Shown here piece after piece: positions 1 through 7,945 of a DNA stretch of 11,742 nucleotides. Origin of the DNA: Gemmatimonadota bacterium (lineage in GTDB: Bacteria; Gemmatimonadota; Gemmatimonadetes; Longimicrobiales; Gaopeijiaceae). The notes beneath the pieces were generated by a model. That model had not been told where the DNA came from. It did not search any database and saw only the letters and a program-made list of their open reading frames with translations. Each line of letters begins with the position of its first letter. Position 1 is the stretch's first letter. The stretch covers positions 1 to 11,742 of the forward strand of contig JBDHHQ010000121.1 of NCBI GenBank assembly GCA_039589315.1, in the 5' to 3' direction. The translations under genes and the position numbers were made by a program.

Positions 1-737
1 TCCTCCGGAGAGAGGGCGGCTTGCAGCGCATCCGTCACGAGCCTGGCGATTTCGCCCTGAATGGTGAGCACGTTGGCCACGGTCAGCTCGCGGTCGTACG
101 TCTCCGCCCAGAGATGCTCTTCGGAGCGCGCGTCGCTGAGCTGCACGTTCAGGCGCACCCGGTCGCCGGCCCGCTGGACCCCGCCTTCCAGGATGGCGTC
201 CACGCCCAGGTCCTGGCCGATCTCCCGCAGGGACATGTCCGAGTCCGCGTACTGCACGACCGACGTCCTGGAGATCACCCTGAGTCCGCTCACCTTGGAA
301 AGCTGGGTGAGGAGATCGTCGTGCATGCCCGCGGCGAAGAACGCGGACTCGTCTTCGCTGGATCCGCGGTCGTCGAGGGGAAGGACGGCCAGGGACGGGG
401 CGGACCCCTGGGGGCCAGGCAAGGCGTCGCGGCGCAGCGGATCGGCCGGGGCCCAGAGAGCGAGCGACACGCCGGCGGCCAGAAGCACGCCCGCAATGGC
501 CAGCAGCTCCAGGCCGGAGACGCGTTGGTGACCGCGTTCCCCGTGGTGCCAGGCGAGAATCAGGACCACGGGCAACCCGAACACGAGGACGATGTAGACG
601 CCGCGCTGGACGACGAGTGGCCATTGGAACGGCTCGGCCACCACGTCGACGACCTGGGCCACGACCCAGGCCGCCGCCACATAGGCGAGGGCCCACTGGC
701 CGAGCTTCCGTTCCTTCAACCTGCGGAAGATGGTCAC
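1..737 (-). CDS. Membrane-anchored TolB N-terminal-like domain protein (usually followed by TPRs); partial, runs off the left edge
   Basis: My translation of the minus strand from GTG at 737 (alternative GTG at 746) is open to the window edge: MTIFRRLKERKLGQWALAYVAAAWVVAQVVDVVAEPFQWP...LILAWHHGERG...SLAVLPLDDRGSSEDESAFFAAGMHDDLLTQLSKVSGLRVISRTSVVQY...LGVDAILEGGVQRAGDRVRLNVQL...HLWAETYDRELT. It has about three TM segments followed by the TolB-N-like signature (AVLP...LRVISRTS...EGxVQRxGDRVR...LWAExYDR). Confidence 0.88.
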   Translation of the reverse strand, partial: MTIFRRLKERKLGQWALAYVAAAWVVAQVVDVVAEPFQWPLVVQRGVYIVLVFGLPVVLILAWHHGERGHQRVSGLELLAIAGVLLAAGVSLALWAPADPLRRDALPGPQGSAPSLAVLPLDDRGSSEDESAFFAAGMHDDLLTQLSKVSGLRVISRTSVVQYADSDMSLREIGQDLGVDAILEGGVQRAGDRVRLNVQLSDARSEEHLWAETYDRELTVANVLTIQGEIARLVTDALQAALSPE

Positions 738-878
738 TGCAGCCACCGGTCCATCTGCGGGAATCCGCACCCGGGTCACCCAAGCCAAGATGTCCGAGTG
801 CTCGGGCGGGCAGCAAGGAAGACGTGGGAAACCGGTGTGTCTGGGCCGGGCCGCGACCACCCCGGGGACGCGTGGGGC

Positions 879-2969
879 CTACTCCGCTTCGCCCCCCATC
901 AAGGCGACCAGATCCTCCACCCGGGTCACCGGACGCTCGCATCGGTAGTCGTGGCAGAGGTATGCCGTGGTCTCTCCGTCCTGGGTGCGGAAGTCAGCGA
1001 GGAGGGGCGCGAGCTCGGTGAGGGAGTCTCCTGCCTGGTCCGGTGAGCGGACGAGCATCACGCGGCCCGGGTGAAAGCCTCGGCGGGCCGCGTCCAGCAT
1101 CTGCCGCGTGGCGTCGTCGTCGGGATCTCCCACCAGCACCAGCTCCTCGGACCCGCCCAGCGAGAGCGCCAGCCCCGAGAGCAGGAACGTGAAGGCCGAG
1201 GGGTGGTGGGCCACCTGGCGAGAGAACGCCTGGGCGATCTCGTGGGCGATCTGGTCGTACCGCGGCTCGGCGGTCAGGCGGGCGAGCCGGATCAGGTTGT
1301 ACATGGCCACCGAGTTCCCCGACGGAGCCGCCCCGTCGTACACCTCTTTCTGCCGGACGATGAGGTCGTCGCGATCCGCCGGCGAGAAGAACAGCCCACC
1401 CAGCTCCGAGTCGTGAAAACGGTCCAGCATGGTCTCGGTCAGGTCGATGGCGCGCCTCAGGTGACGGGGATCCTGGGTCGCCTGGTGAAGCTCGACGGCG
1501 CCCCAGGCCAGGAAGGCGTAGTCGTCCACGTTGCCGTCGATGGCGGCGGAGCCGTCCCGGTAGCGGTGGAGCAGACGCCCGTCCCGCCAGAGCGTCTCGT
1601 GGACGAAATCGGCGGCCCGCTCCGCCGCGCGGACGTACGTCTCGTCCCCGAGCGCGACGCCCGCCTTGGCCAACGCGGCGATCATCAGGCCGTTCCAGTC
1701 GGTGAGGATCTTGTCGTCCAGCAAGGGACGAATCCGTCCTTCCCGTCTCTCGAGGAGCGCGGTGCGGGCCTGCTCGAGCTCCTGGGTGAGCTCGTCGATG
1801 GGGACACCCAGCTCTCGAGCCCAATCATCGAGCGTCCGGGTCCGATGCAGGATGTTGGCTCCCGTCCGCTGCCGCGTGGCTTCGTCGAGGAAGTTGCCCT
1901 GCGGCTGCGCCTCCCACACCAGGGCAGCCAGGCGGGCTCGGTCCTTGCCCAGCACGTCCACCAGCTCGTCCAGCGTCCAGACGTAGAACTTCCCCTCCTC
2001 GCCCTCGCTGTCCGCGTCCTCTGCCGAGTAGAAGCCGCCTTCCGGGGCGGTCATGTCGCGCAGGACGTAGGTGAGCACCTCCCGAGCGGTCTCGGCGAAC
2101 CGCTCGGCCCCGGTGGCCTGGAAGGCCTCGGTGTACGCCATGGTCAGGAGGGCCTGGTCGTACAGCATCTTCTCGAAGTGGGGCAGGAGCCAACGTCCGT
2201 CCGTCGAGTACCGGTGGAAGCCGAACCCGACCTGATCGTAGACGCCGCCCGCCCGCATTGCGTCCAGGGTCACCTCCACCATGGTCAGCGCGTGCTCGAC
2301 GCCGCCGCGGAGCCAGTACCGGAGCAGGAAGAGCAGCCGGTGGGTGGTGGGGAACTTGGGCGGCCGGCCGAAGCCCCCCAGCTCCCGGTCGAAGGAGCCG
2401 GCCAGATCCCGGAAGCCCTGATCGAGGGTCTGGGCATCGAGGGCCACGCCGCCCTGGTCAGCCTTGGCGGCCCGCTCCAACGCCTCCTGCATCGTACCCG
2501 CCGAGCTCACGACGTCCTCCCGGCGCTCCTCCCAGAGGCTGCCGATGCGAGGGATCACGTCGAGCATCCCGGTCCGGCCGTGCCGGCTCTCCTTGGGGAT
2601 GTAGGTTGCCGCGAAGAACGGCTGACGGTCCGGGGTCATGACGATCGTGAGCGGCCATCCGCCCTGGCCGGTGGCCAACTGGGCGACCGTCATGTAGATG
2701 CCGTCAATGTCGGGCCGTTCTTCCCGGTCGACCTTGATGTTGACGAACGCATCGTTCATGAGGCCCGCCACTTCGTCGTCCTCGAACGACTCCCGCTCCA
2801 TCACGTGGCACCAGTGACAGGTGGCGTAGCCGATGGAGAGGAAGATCGGCTTGTCGGCCTCGCGGGCGGCGGCGAAGGCCTCGTCGCCCCACGGGTACCA
2901 GTCCACCGGGTTGTGGGCGTGCTGAAGAAGGTAGGGGCTCTTCTCGTGGCTCAGACGGTTCTCGGGCAT
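879..2969 (-). CDS. Thioredoxin domain-containing protein, YyaL/SSP411 (DUF255) family, with six-hairpin glycosidase-like region
   Basis: 696 aa. Family motifs [38 protein letters not shown], [48 protein letters not shown] and DGAxPSGNS. Confidence 0.96.
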   Translation of the reverse strand: MPENRLSHEKSPYLLQHAHNPVDWYPWGDEAFAAAREADKPIFLSIGYATCHWCHVMERESFEDDEVAGLMNDAFVNIKVDREERPDIDGIYMTVAQLATGQGGWPLTIVMTPDRQPFFAATYIPKESRHGRTGMLDVIPRIGSLWEERREDVVSSAGTMQEALERAAKADQGGVALDAQTLDQGFRDLAGSFDRELGGFGRPPKFPTTHRLLFLLRYWLRGGVEHALTMVEVTLDAMRAGGVYDQVGFGFHRYSTDGRWLLPHFEKMLYDQALLTMAYTEAFQATGAERFAETAREVLTYVLRDMTAPEGGFYSAEDADSEGEEGKFYVWTLDELVDVLGKDRARLAALVWEAQPQGNFLDEATRQRTGANILHRTRTLDDWARELGVPIDELTQELEQARTALLERREGRIRPLLDDKILTDWNGLMIAALAKAGVALGDETYVRAAERAADFVHETLWRDGRLLHRYRDGSAAIDGNVDDYAFLAWGAVELHQATQDPRHLRRAIDLTETMLDRFHDSELGGLFFSPADRDDLIVRQKEVYDGAAPSGNSVAMYNLIRLARLTAEPRYDQIAHEIAQAFSRQVAHHPSAFTFLLSGLALSLGGSEELVLVGDPDDDATRQMLDAARRGFHPGRVMLVRSPDQAGDSLTELAPLLADFRTQDGETTAYLCHDYRCERPVTRVEDLVALMGGEAE

Positions 2970-3245
2970 GGGGCGACTTCTGTGGTCGTGGGACGTGCCG
3001 GCCGCTCCGGCTCCGCGCGGGGAGTGAGGGGCCGGTGACGTGGCGCGAACCCCTGAACGCCGCCTACACGAACCAGGAGCCGGGCGGCGCGAACGCGCAG
3101 GTCACGAGCGGTGCCGGAGAGGATCCTACGCTTCTCCATCCACTCCGGAGGGTCGGAGCAACGTACCCTGAGGCAGTGGGGATGGTCCGGCCCGTCGGGA
3201 GAGTCCTGCTCGGCGGGCGTTCAGGCGCCGGGCGTTGAGGGAGCG

Positions 3246-3306
3246 GGCACCCCTCGTCCTTCTACAGGCACCCCTCGTCCTTCTAGGGGCACCCCTCGTC
3301 CTTCTA
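3246..3306. repeat. Three identical 19-bp direct repeats (GGCACCCCTCGTCCTTCTA), 21-bp period
   Basis: Copies at 3246-3264, 3267-3285 and 3288-3306, separated by 2-nt linkers CA and GG. Confidence 0.97.
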
Positions 3307-3331
3307 ATAGACTTTTGTGATCATGCTAATC

Positions 3332-3346
3332 TGACTAATTTAGTCA
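3332..3346. promoter_or_regulatory. Palindromic operator of the TA operon (probable antitoxin autorepression site)
   Basis: Perfect 7-1-7 inverted repeat TGACTAA-T-TTAGTCA in an AT-rich patch, 1 nt before the antitoxin ATG at 3348. It overlaps a -10-like TAATTT at 3336-3341. Confidence 0.75.
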
Positions 3347-3347
3347 T

Positions 3348-3641
3348 ATGATTCGGAAGGCCGCTATCTCCATACTGAAGGCTCACCTGAGCCGGTACCT
3401 TGACGTGGTCAAATCCGGCGAGGAGGTGATCGTGACCGATCGTGGCCGGCCGGTTGCCCGACTGTCCCCCCTCGCCGCGGCCGCCGAACCAGAGGGGAGA
3501 ATCGCGCAGCTGGTGCGGGAGGGAAGGATGAAACGGCCGGAGGAGCCCCTCTCCGCCGGCTTCCTGGACGAGCCTCGGGCAGCGGATCCGCGAGGCGAGT
3601 CCCTCGCGGCGCTTCTGGACGAACGTCGCGAGGGACGCTGA
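3348..3641 (+). CDS. Type II TA antitoxin, Phd/YefM family
   Basis: 97 aa with ISILKAHLSRYLDVVKSGEEVIVTDRGRPVARLSP (Phd/YefM signature) and C-terminal LLDERREGR. The stop overlaps the toxin start (TGATG). Confidence 0.94.
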   Translation: MIRKAAISILKAHLSRYLDVVKSGEEVIVTDRGRPVARLSPLAAAAEPEGRIAQLVREGRMKRPEEPLSAGFLDEPRAADPRGESLAALLDERREGR

Positions 3642-4069
3642 TGCGGTTCTGGGACTCCTCGGCCATCGTGCCGCTGTGCCTCGACCAGCCGTCGAGCGGC
3701 AGGGCTCGCGAGCTCCTGGGCGAGGATCCCGAGGCGGTAGTGTGGTGGACCACGCCCGTCGAATGCGCTTCGGCGTTCGCCCGCCTTCGGCGGCAGGAGC
3801 GGCTGACGTACACGGAGGAAGAGACGGCCCTTCGGCTGCTGCGGACGTTGCAGCGAAGCTGGTACGAGGTCGTGCCGGGGGACCGGGTTCGGGCGCAGGC
3901 CCTTCGGCTACTTCGGCTGCACCCCCTCCGAGCCGCTGACTCCCTGCAGCTGGCAGCCGCGGTGGAATGGGCCGGCTCCCCAGCATCCGGCGATCTGGTG
4001 ACGTTCGACGAACGGCTGGGTCTGGCTGGGAGGCTGGAGGGATTCGACGTGAGGGGTCTGCAGACCTAG
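3641..4069 (+). CDS. vapC: Type II TA toxin, VapC-family PIN-domain ribonuclease
   Basis: 142 aa with PIN acidic residues in FWDSSA, PVECASA, LRAADSLQLA and TFDERL. Translationally coupled to the antitoxin. Confidence 0.93.
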   Translation: MRFWDSSAIVPLCLDQPSSGRARELLGEDPEAVVWWTTPVECASAFARLRRQERLTYTEEETALRLLRTLQRSWYEVVPGDRVRAQALRLLRLHPLRAADSLQLAAAVEWAGSPASGDLVTFDERLGLAGRLEGFDVRGLQT

Positions 4070-4083
4070 GGCGGTTCTCGTCC

Positions 4084-4275
4084 TCAGCGCAGCGCGGCCA
4101 GGATCAGACTGAGGCTGCCCACCACGATGGCCGCGGCGGCTCCGGTGAGGACGGCGGTGAGGACCCAGTCGAACGACTCCGAGTCCTTGAAGCTGTTTCG
4201 CGCCAGGACGAACAAGACGACCCACAGCACCCCAGTCCCGACGAGGAACCAGGTGGGTGAATCACTATTCAACAC
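4084..4275 (-). CDS. Small hypothetical membrane protein (two TM helices)
   Basis: C-terminal part of track ORF 4084..4374, with hydrophobic segments WFLVGTGVLWVVLFVLA and WVLTAVLTGAAAAIVVGSLSLILAAL. Start set at GTG 4275, 6 nt after GGAG. ATG 4287 is an alternative. Confidence 0.6.
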   Translation of the reverse strand: MLNSDSPTWFLVGTGVLWVVLFVLARNSFKDSESFDWVLTAVLTGAAAAIVVGSLSLILAALR

Positions 4276-4495
4276 GGGTGTCTCCATTCCGACAGCCCCG
4301 GAGGCCCAGCATGGGGCCACAAGCGGATTCGCCTGCTTCTCGGTGGCAGTTGCCCATGGTCGGGCCTGGCCCACCTCGTCCGGCGCTGGTCAGATGATAG
4401 CCGGCTGGGCACCCATCGAGAAGCCACGCGTGGGGTCGGGGCGTCTCTCCCCGTCTACACCAACTCCGGCAATGACACTAGTTTGGTAGGCGATC

Positions 4496-4568
4496 GGGGC
4501 CATAGCTCAGCTGGGAGAGCGCCGGCTTTGCAAGCCGGAGGTCGGGGGTTCGAGCCCCCCTGGCTCCA
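4496..4568 (+). tRNA. tRNA-Ala (anticodon TGC), CCA not encoded
   Basis: Acceptor stem GGGGCCA/TGGCTCC with the G3:U70 alanine identity pair, D arm GCTC/GAGC, anticodon arm CCGGC-TTTGCAA-GCCGG (TGC at 4529-4531), T arm GGGGG-TTCGAGC-CCCCC and discriminator A4568. Confidence 0.98.
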
Positions 4569-4616
4569 CTGTGGTAACTAATTGTGTATTTGCGATTTAC
4601 AGGGCAGTATTCTCTC

Positions 4617-4682
4617 CGCCCCTTGATCGGTAAACGGCATGATGTGACGTTAATCGTGTCATTGAGACTCGATCAGGGGGCG
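4617..4682 (+). promoter_or_regulatory. Leader hairpin covering the integrase Shine-Dalgarno
   Basis: CGCCCCTTGATCG (4617-4629) pairs with CGATCAGGGGGCG (4670-4682) over 13 bp with one G-U. Inner stem GGCATGAT (4636-4643)/ATCGTGTC (4653-4660). The SD-like AGGGGG (4675-4680) lies in the 3' arm. Confidence 0.55.
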
Positions 4683-4687
4683 TTCCC

Positions 4688-5899
4688 ATGGCACGAAACG
4701 GCACGAGATCTCGCCTCTTCCGACGCGGTTCGCGGTACTGGGCGGACCTCAGGACCTTCAGCGACGTTGGTGGTAAGCGGGAGCCTCTGGTCGCACCTGG
4801 CGAGAAGAGCGCCACCACAGATCGCACAGTTGCCGAGGCGCTGCTCGGCGACCGCATTCGGGAGCTTGAGGCTCGCCGACGCAACAGGGCCCTGCTGGGC
4901 ACGGTGGAACAGGTAGGGCTCGCGGAGTACGCGAGTCATCATCTGCTGCAGAAGGCGAAGTCCGGTCGGGTGACCGACGACTGGCTGAAGGAATCGGAGG
5001 CCCAGCTTCGGAGGGCTGTGGAGTTCTTCGGCGAGGACCGCGATCTCGGCTCCATCGGCGTTCGGGACGTGCAGGATTTCACGCACTGGCTGCAGGCGAT
5101 TCCGAGTCCGCGAGGTGGCACGCTGAGCCCCGGCACCGTCCGTCACTACCTCAACACCTTGTCAAACCTCTTCCGTCGGGCCCAGGGCGAGGAGGTAGTC
5201 CGTGCCGGGCACAACCCGGTCGCAGGAATGTTGGAGAAGCCCATCGGGAGGAGCGGTGAGGCTGCATGGCTGGAGGTGCATGAATCGGCGCTGCTCCTCG
5301 AAGCTGCCCGCCACCACGGTGCTCGCCAGCGAGATCATCTGCCGTTCGCGCACGCCCTCATCGGCACGTTCCTGCTCACGGGCGGGAGGAAGAACGAGGT
5401 GCTCGGCCTCTTGGTCGATGATATCTCCTTCGACCGTCGGACGGTTGTGTTCCGCGTGCACGCACACCGACGAGTTAAGACCCAAACCAGTCGCCGCGTG
5501 GTGCCCCTATGGCCCCAACTGGAGGAGATCCTCCGGCAACACGTCTTCCAGGGCGGCCACGTGTCGGGCCTCCTGTTCCCCAGTCCACGAACGGGCGGGA
5601 TGATCCGAGATACTCGGAAGACCCTGGACGCCGTCGCGGCCAGGGCCGGGTGGGATCCTGGCGACATCCGAACCAAGATGTTCCGGCATACCTACTGTGC
5701 GGCGCGGCTGCAGACGCTCGACCATGGTGCCCCTGTGTCCCCGTTCACCGTCGGCCGTGAACTCGGCCACGGCGGTGATAGCCTAGTGAAGCGGATCTAC
5801 GGACACCTGGGCGAGGTCCGTCATCGGAGCGAGGTCGTCGAGTACCGTGTGGAGAACCATCGGGACCAGCTGGCGGATCGACTTCGACTGCTGGAATGA
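4688..5899 (+). CDS. Tyrosine recombinase / phage-type integrase
   Basis: 403 aa. SAM-like core-binding region (LGSIGVRDVQDF...LSPGTVRHYLNTLSNLFRRA). Catalytic R in LLTGGRKNE, K in RRVKT, box II KMFRHTY...ELGH...RIYGH with the nucleophilic Tyr. Adjacent to a tRNA. Confidence 0.95.
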   Translation: MARNGTRSRLFRRGSRYWADLRTFSDVGGKREPLVAPGEKSATTDRTVAEALLGDRIRELEARRRNRALLGTVEQVGLAEYASHHLLQKAKSGRVTDDWLKESEAQLRRAVEFFGEDRDLGSIGVRDVQDFTHWLQAIPSPRGGTLSPGTVRHYLNTLSNLFRRAQGEEVVRAGHNPVAGMLEKPIGRSGEAAWLEVHESALLLEAARHHGARQRDHLPFAHALIGTFLLTGGRKNEVLGLLVDDISFDRRTVVFRVHAHRRVKTQTSRRVVPLWPQLEEILRQHVFQGGHVSGLLFPSPRTGGMIRDTRKTLDAVAARAGWDPGDIRTKMFRHTYCAARLQTLDHGAPVSPFTVGRELGHGGDSLVKRIYGHLGEVRHRSEVVEYRVENHRDQLADRLRLLE

Positions 5900-5931
5900 C
5901 GGGAGCTACGGTCACCCAAGCCACCAGAGGT

Positions 5932-6216
5932 TCAGAGGCGAGGTAGTGGAGTACAGGCTAGCGGGGTCGTGAGGGGCACACCGCTCATCCTGGTCCTGGC
6001 CTCCGCCTGAACCCACGCCACCGTCTCCTCCAGACCCTCGAACCCGCACAGCACATCGAACGCCCCAGGGACACCCAGCTCCCTGCCCAGAATCGCAGCG
6101 TCGAGGTCTGGCGGACCGGTGAAGTGGCGCATGCTGCCCGCCGCGTGGGCCACAAGGCACTTGCCGTCCAGGGGCTCAGCAGTCTGCATGCCGTCGTTGC
6201 CCCCGTTGCCCCCCAT
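5932..6216 (-). CDS. Possible short hypothetical protein
   Basis: 94-aa ORF convergent on the integrase, with ordinary protein-like composition (LDAAILGRELGVPGAFDVLCGFEGLEETVAWVQAEAR). No recognisable motif or clear RBS. Confidence 0.25.
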   Translation of the reverse strand: MGGNGGNDGMQTAEPLDGKCLVAHAAGSMRHFTGPPDLDAAILGRELGVPGAFDVLCGFEGLEETVAWVQAEARTRMSGVPLTTPLACTPLPRL

Positions 6217-6813
6217 CGGGGGAGTCCCGTTCCATCTATGAAGTTATAAGCCGGAGGGAGATGTAGGTGGTGCTGGAGGAACGGTTGGCAATCGTTTCTG
6301 ATGCCCCTCTGTGACCCGTTCGGACCTCCTTCGATGCCTCCTGTCGGGCCTGCGGTGAGCTTCAACGATGGCACCTGGGCGTGGGCGCGGACATGGGATT
6401 CTGGGACTACAGCAGCTTCCACCATTTCCTGACAGACAGCGGCGACCGATCCCGCTAGGCTCGACCTGCACGGACTCACACGGCGACCACGGAGGGGAAC
6501 AGGGCGTGATATACAGTCATGACCTGGCCCCCGCCTTCTCCAGTCGGGAGGGCTGGAGGGCACGAGTCCGGCATGGGAGACGGGGTGTAGCGGCCACGTG
6601 ACTGTTGCGTCCATGCGCTATTGCGGGCTCGCTCGTGAATAAGGTGCGTAGGGTTTCGTACTACGTCGAAGGCCGTAAGTCCGGCGACGGTCTGTCTGCC
6701 TCGCTCCCAGGCCGGACATGCACGGCGATGCGCGTCACGCTTTCCGGTGCGACCAGCGTTCGTGTCGAGTGAGGCGCCATGTGAAAGTTGCTAACCCTCA
6801 TCGGAGGAGTTGA

Positions 6814-7245
6814 ATGATGAAGATCTCGCCGTTCTCTCGGGCGGGCCCTGGCTTCCCCACTCTCCTGGCTCTGCTTGCGGCGGTCGCGTGCGGCCAACCA
6901 GACACCCCCACGGCTCCGTTTGTCGACGAGCTAGAGCCGTCGTTCACGACGGTACTGGGTGGTCGCGGGGATGGGCCAATCATCTATGTGACCAGCCAAG
7001 GAAAGTACTACGACTCCATCGTCACAGCAGCTCTGCCGCAACAGGGGCCGTTCCAGCAGCTCTTCCCACCGGGTACGAATCCGGATTGGCCCGCCGGCGG
7101 GTCCCTCTCGACCCAGTACGGCCCGAGTGATCCGGGCTACGTCGGCGGCCGCTGGTGGCTGGATGCCAATGGAAATGGAGAAATGGACGCCGGGGACGCG
7201 TTCTTCTCCTGTCCACTGCTTGGACCTGGCCGAGAGAGTCCTTGA
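6814..7245 (+). CDS. Putative lipoprotein of unknown function with a DxNxNG loop
   Basis: SD GGAGGAG at 6803-6809. Basic N-terminus, hydrophobic LLALLAAVA and a lipobox-like Cys26. C-terminal GGRWWLDANGNGEMDAGDAFFSCPLLGPGR. Confidence 0.85.
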   Translation: MMKISPFSRAGPGFPTLLALLAAVACGQPDTPTAPFVDELEPSFTTVLGGRGDGPIIYVTSQGKYYDSIVTAALPQQGPFQQLFPPGTNPDWPAGGSLSTQYGPSDPGYVGGRWWLDANGNGEMDAGDAFFSCPLLGPGRESP

Positions 7246-7271
7246 ACTCCGGCTGCGAAGCCACCCTGCGA

Positions 7272-7298
7272 GGGGCGCCGGCCTCTGCCCGGTGCCCC
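7272..7298 (+). terminator. GC-rich stem-loop after the lipoprotein gene, possible terminator
   Basis: GGGGCGCCGG/CCGGTGCCCC forms a 10-bp stem (one G-U) with a 7-nt loop, 26 nt after the stop. There is only a weak pyrimidine tail and no U-run. Confidence 0.45.
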
Positions 7299-7349
7299 GT
7301 CTCCTGTTCAGGTGCCGATGCGAGTGGCATGGCTCGCGCTCAAGGGAGC

Positions 7350-7719
7350 ATGTTCAGCTACGAAAGGGCTCGCACCGTGCTCGGGTTGTTTAGGGCGTTC
7401 AAGGGCGCATTTAAGACGGGCTAGGCTGCTGCCGACATGCCAGTGGCTCTGACAGCCGACGCGTTCCAGGCCTATTGTTTGAAGCGGGGATTGGATCGGG
7501 TTGAGGACCCTGTTGACTTGGGCGGAGTTCAAACGGGACTTCCGCTTTCACAAGTACGGGGAATACATCGGTCGATTGATGGATCAAGGGGCCGATGGGT
7601 CCGTGGTCAAGCTGCTTCAGGACCAGCGGGATGCGGCGTGGAGCGAAGACTGTTCGCGTTTGGAAACCCTTCACGACGAGGCCGCACGCAAACGTGCCGC
7701 CGAACAGGGTCCGCGCTAG
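7350..7719 (+). pseudogene. Possible disrupted hypothetical gene (in-frame TAG plus a frameshift)
   Basis: AGGGAG precedes ATG 7350. The frame reads MFSYERARTVLGLFRAFKGAFKTG, TAG at 7422-7424, then AAADMPVALTADAFQAYCLKRGLDRVEDP. Coding-like codon usage then moves +1 to LTWAEFKRDFRFHKYGEYIGRLMDQG...GPR, which stops at 7719. Confidence 0.35.
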
Positions 7720-7945
7720 TCCGATGGCAAGGGGCCGCCTCGTCATTCCGGGGGCGGGAAGCGGACCTGGCAGGTCGCGGCTGACCCCGTGGTCTAGTTC
7801 ACCACCCTGAGCCCACCCTCCTTGTAGATGCGCCCACGGGCGAGTTGGGCGTCTACGCAACCTGCTCAGTCCCCCCACGGGCCGCTTCAGCGTCCGCCTC
7901 TCGATGTCGCTGTTGAGGTAGCGATGAGAAGCAGGTTGCTGCACC

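Noticed and set aside
21..3038. Long ORFs 21..1046 (+), 1071..3038 (+) and 994..1824 (-)
   Set aside because: Antisense or off-frame shadows of two genes with clear motifs, as expected in GC-rich DNA.
3246..3306. Direct repeats as a mini-CRISPR, or as the coding repeat GTPRPS in ORF 3111..3320
   Set aside because: The spacers are only 2 nt and there are no cas genes. The ORF has no RBS or motif and runs into the TA promoter.
3641..4568. VapC targeting the neighbouring tRNA-Ala
   Set aside because: Proximity is not evidence of substrate specificity.
4470..4664. 9-bp inverted repeat CAATGACAC/GTGTCATTG flanking the tRNA
   Set aside because: One 9-bp match across about 200 bp can occur by chance, and nothing else supports it.
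4688..5899. Integrase as integron integrase IntI or XerC/D
   Set aside because: No evident IntI-specific insertion before box II, no HxLRHSFATHLL motif, tRNA-adjacent, and more than 4 kb from the cassettes in the same orientation.
6238..6460. Minus-strand C-H-R-TGA (CxxU-like) frame and plus-strand CRACG fragment
   Set aside because: No convincing RBS, SECIS-like hairpin or fold context, and the frames are short.
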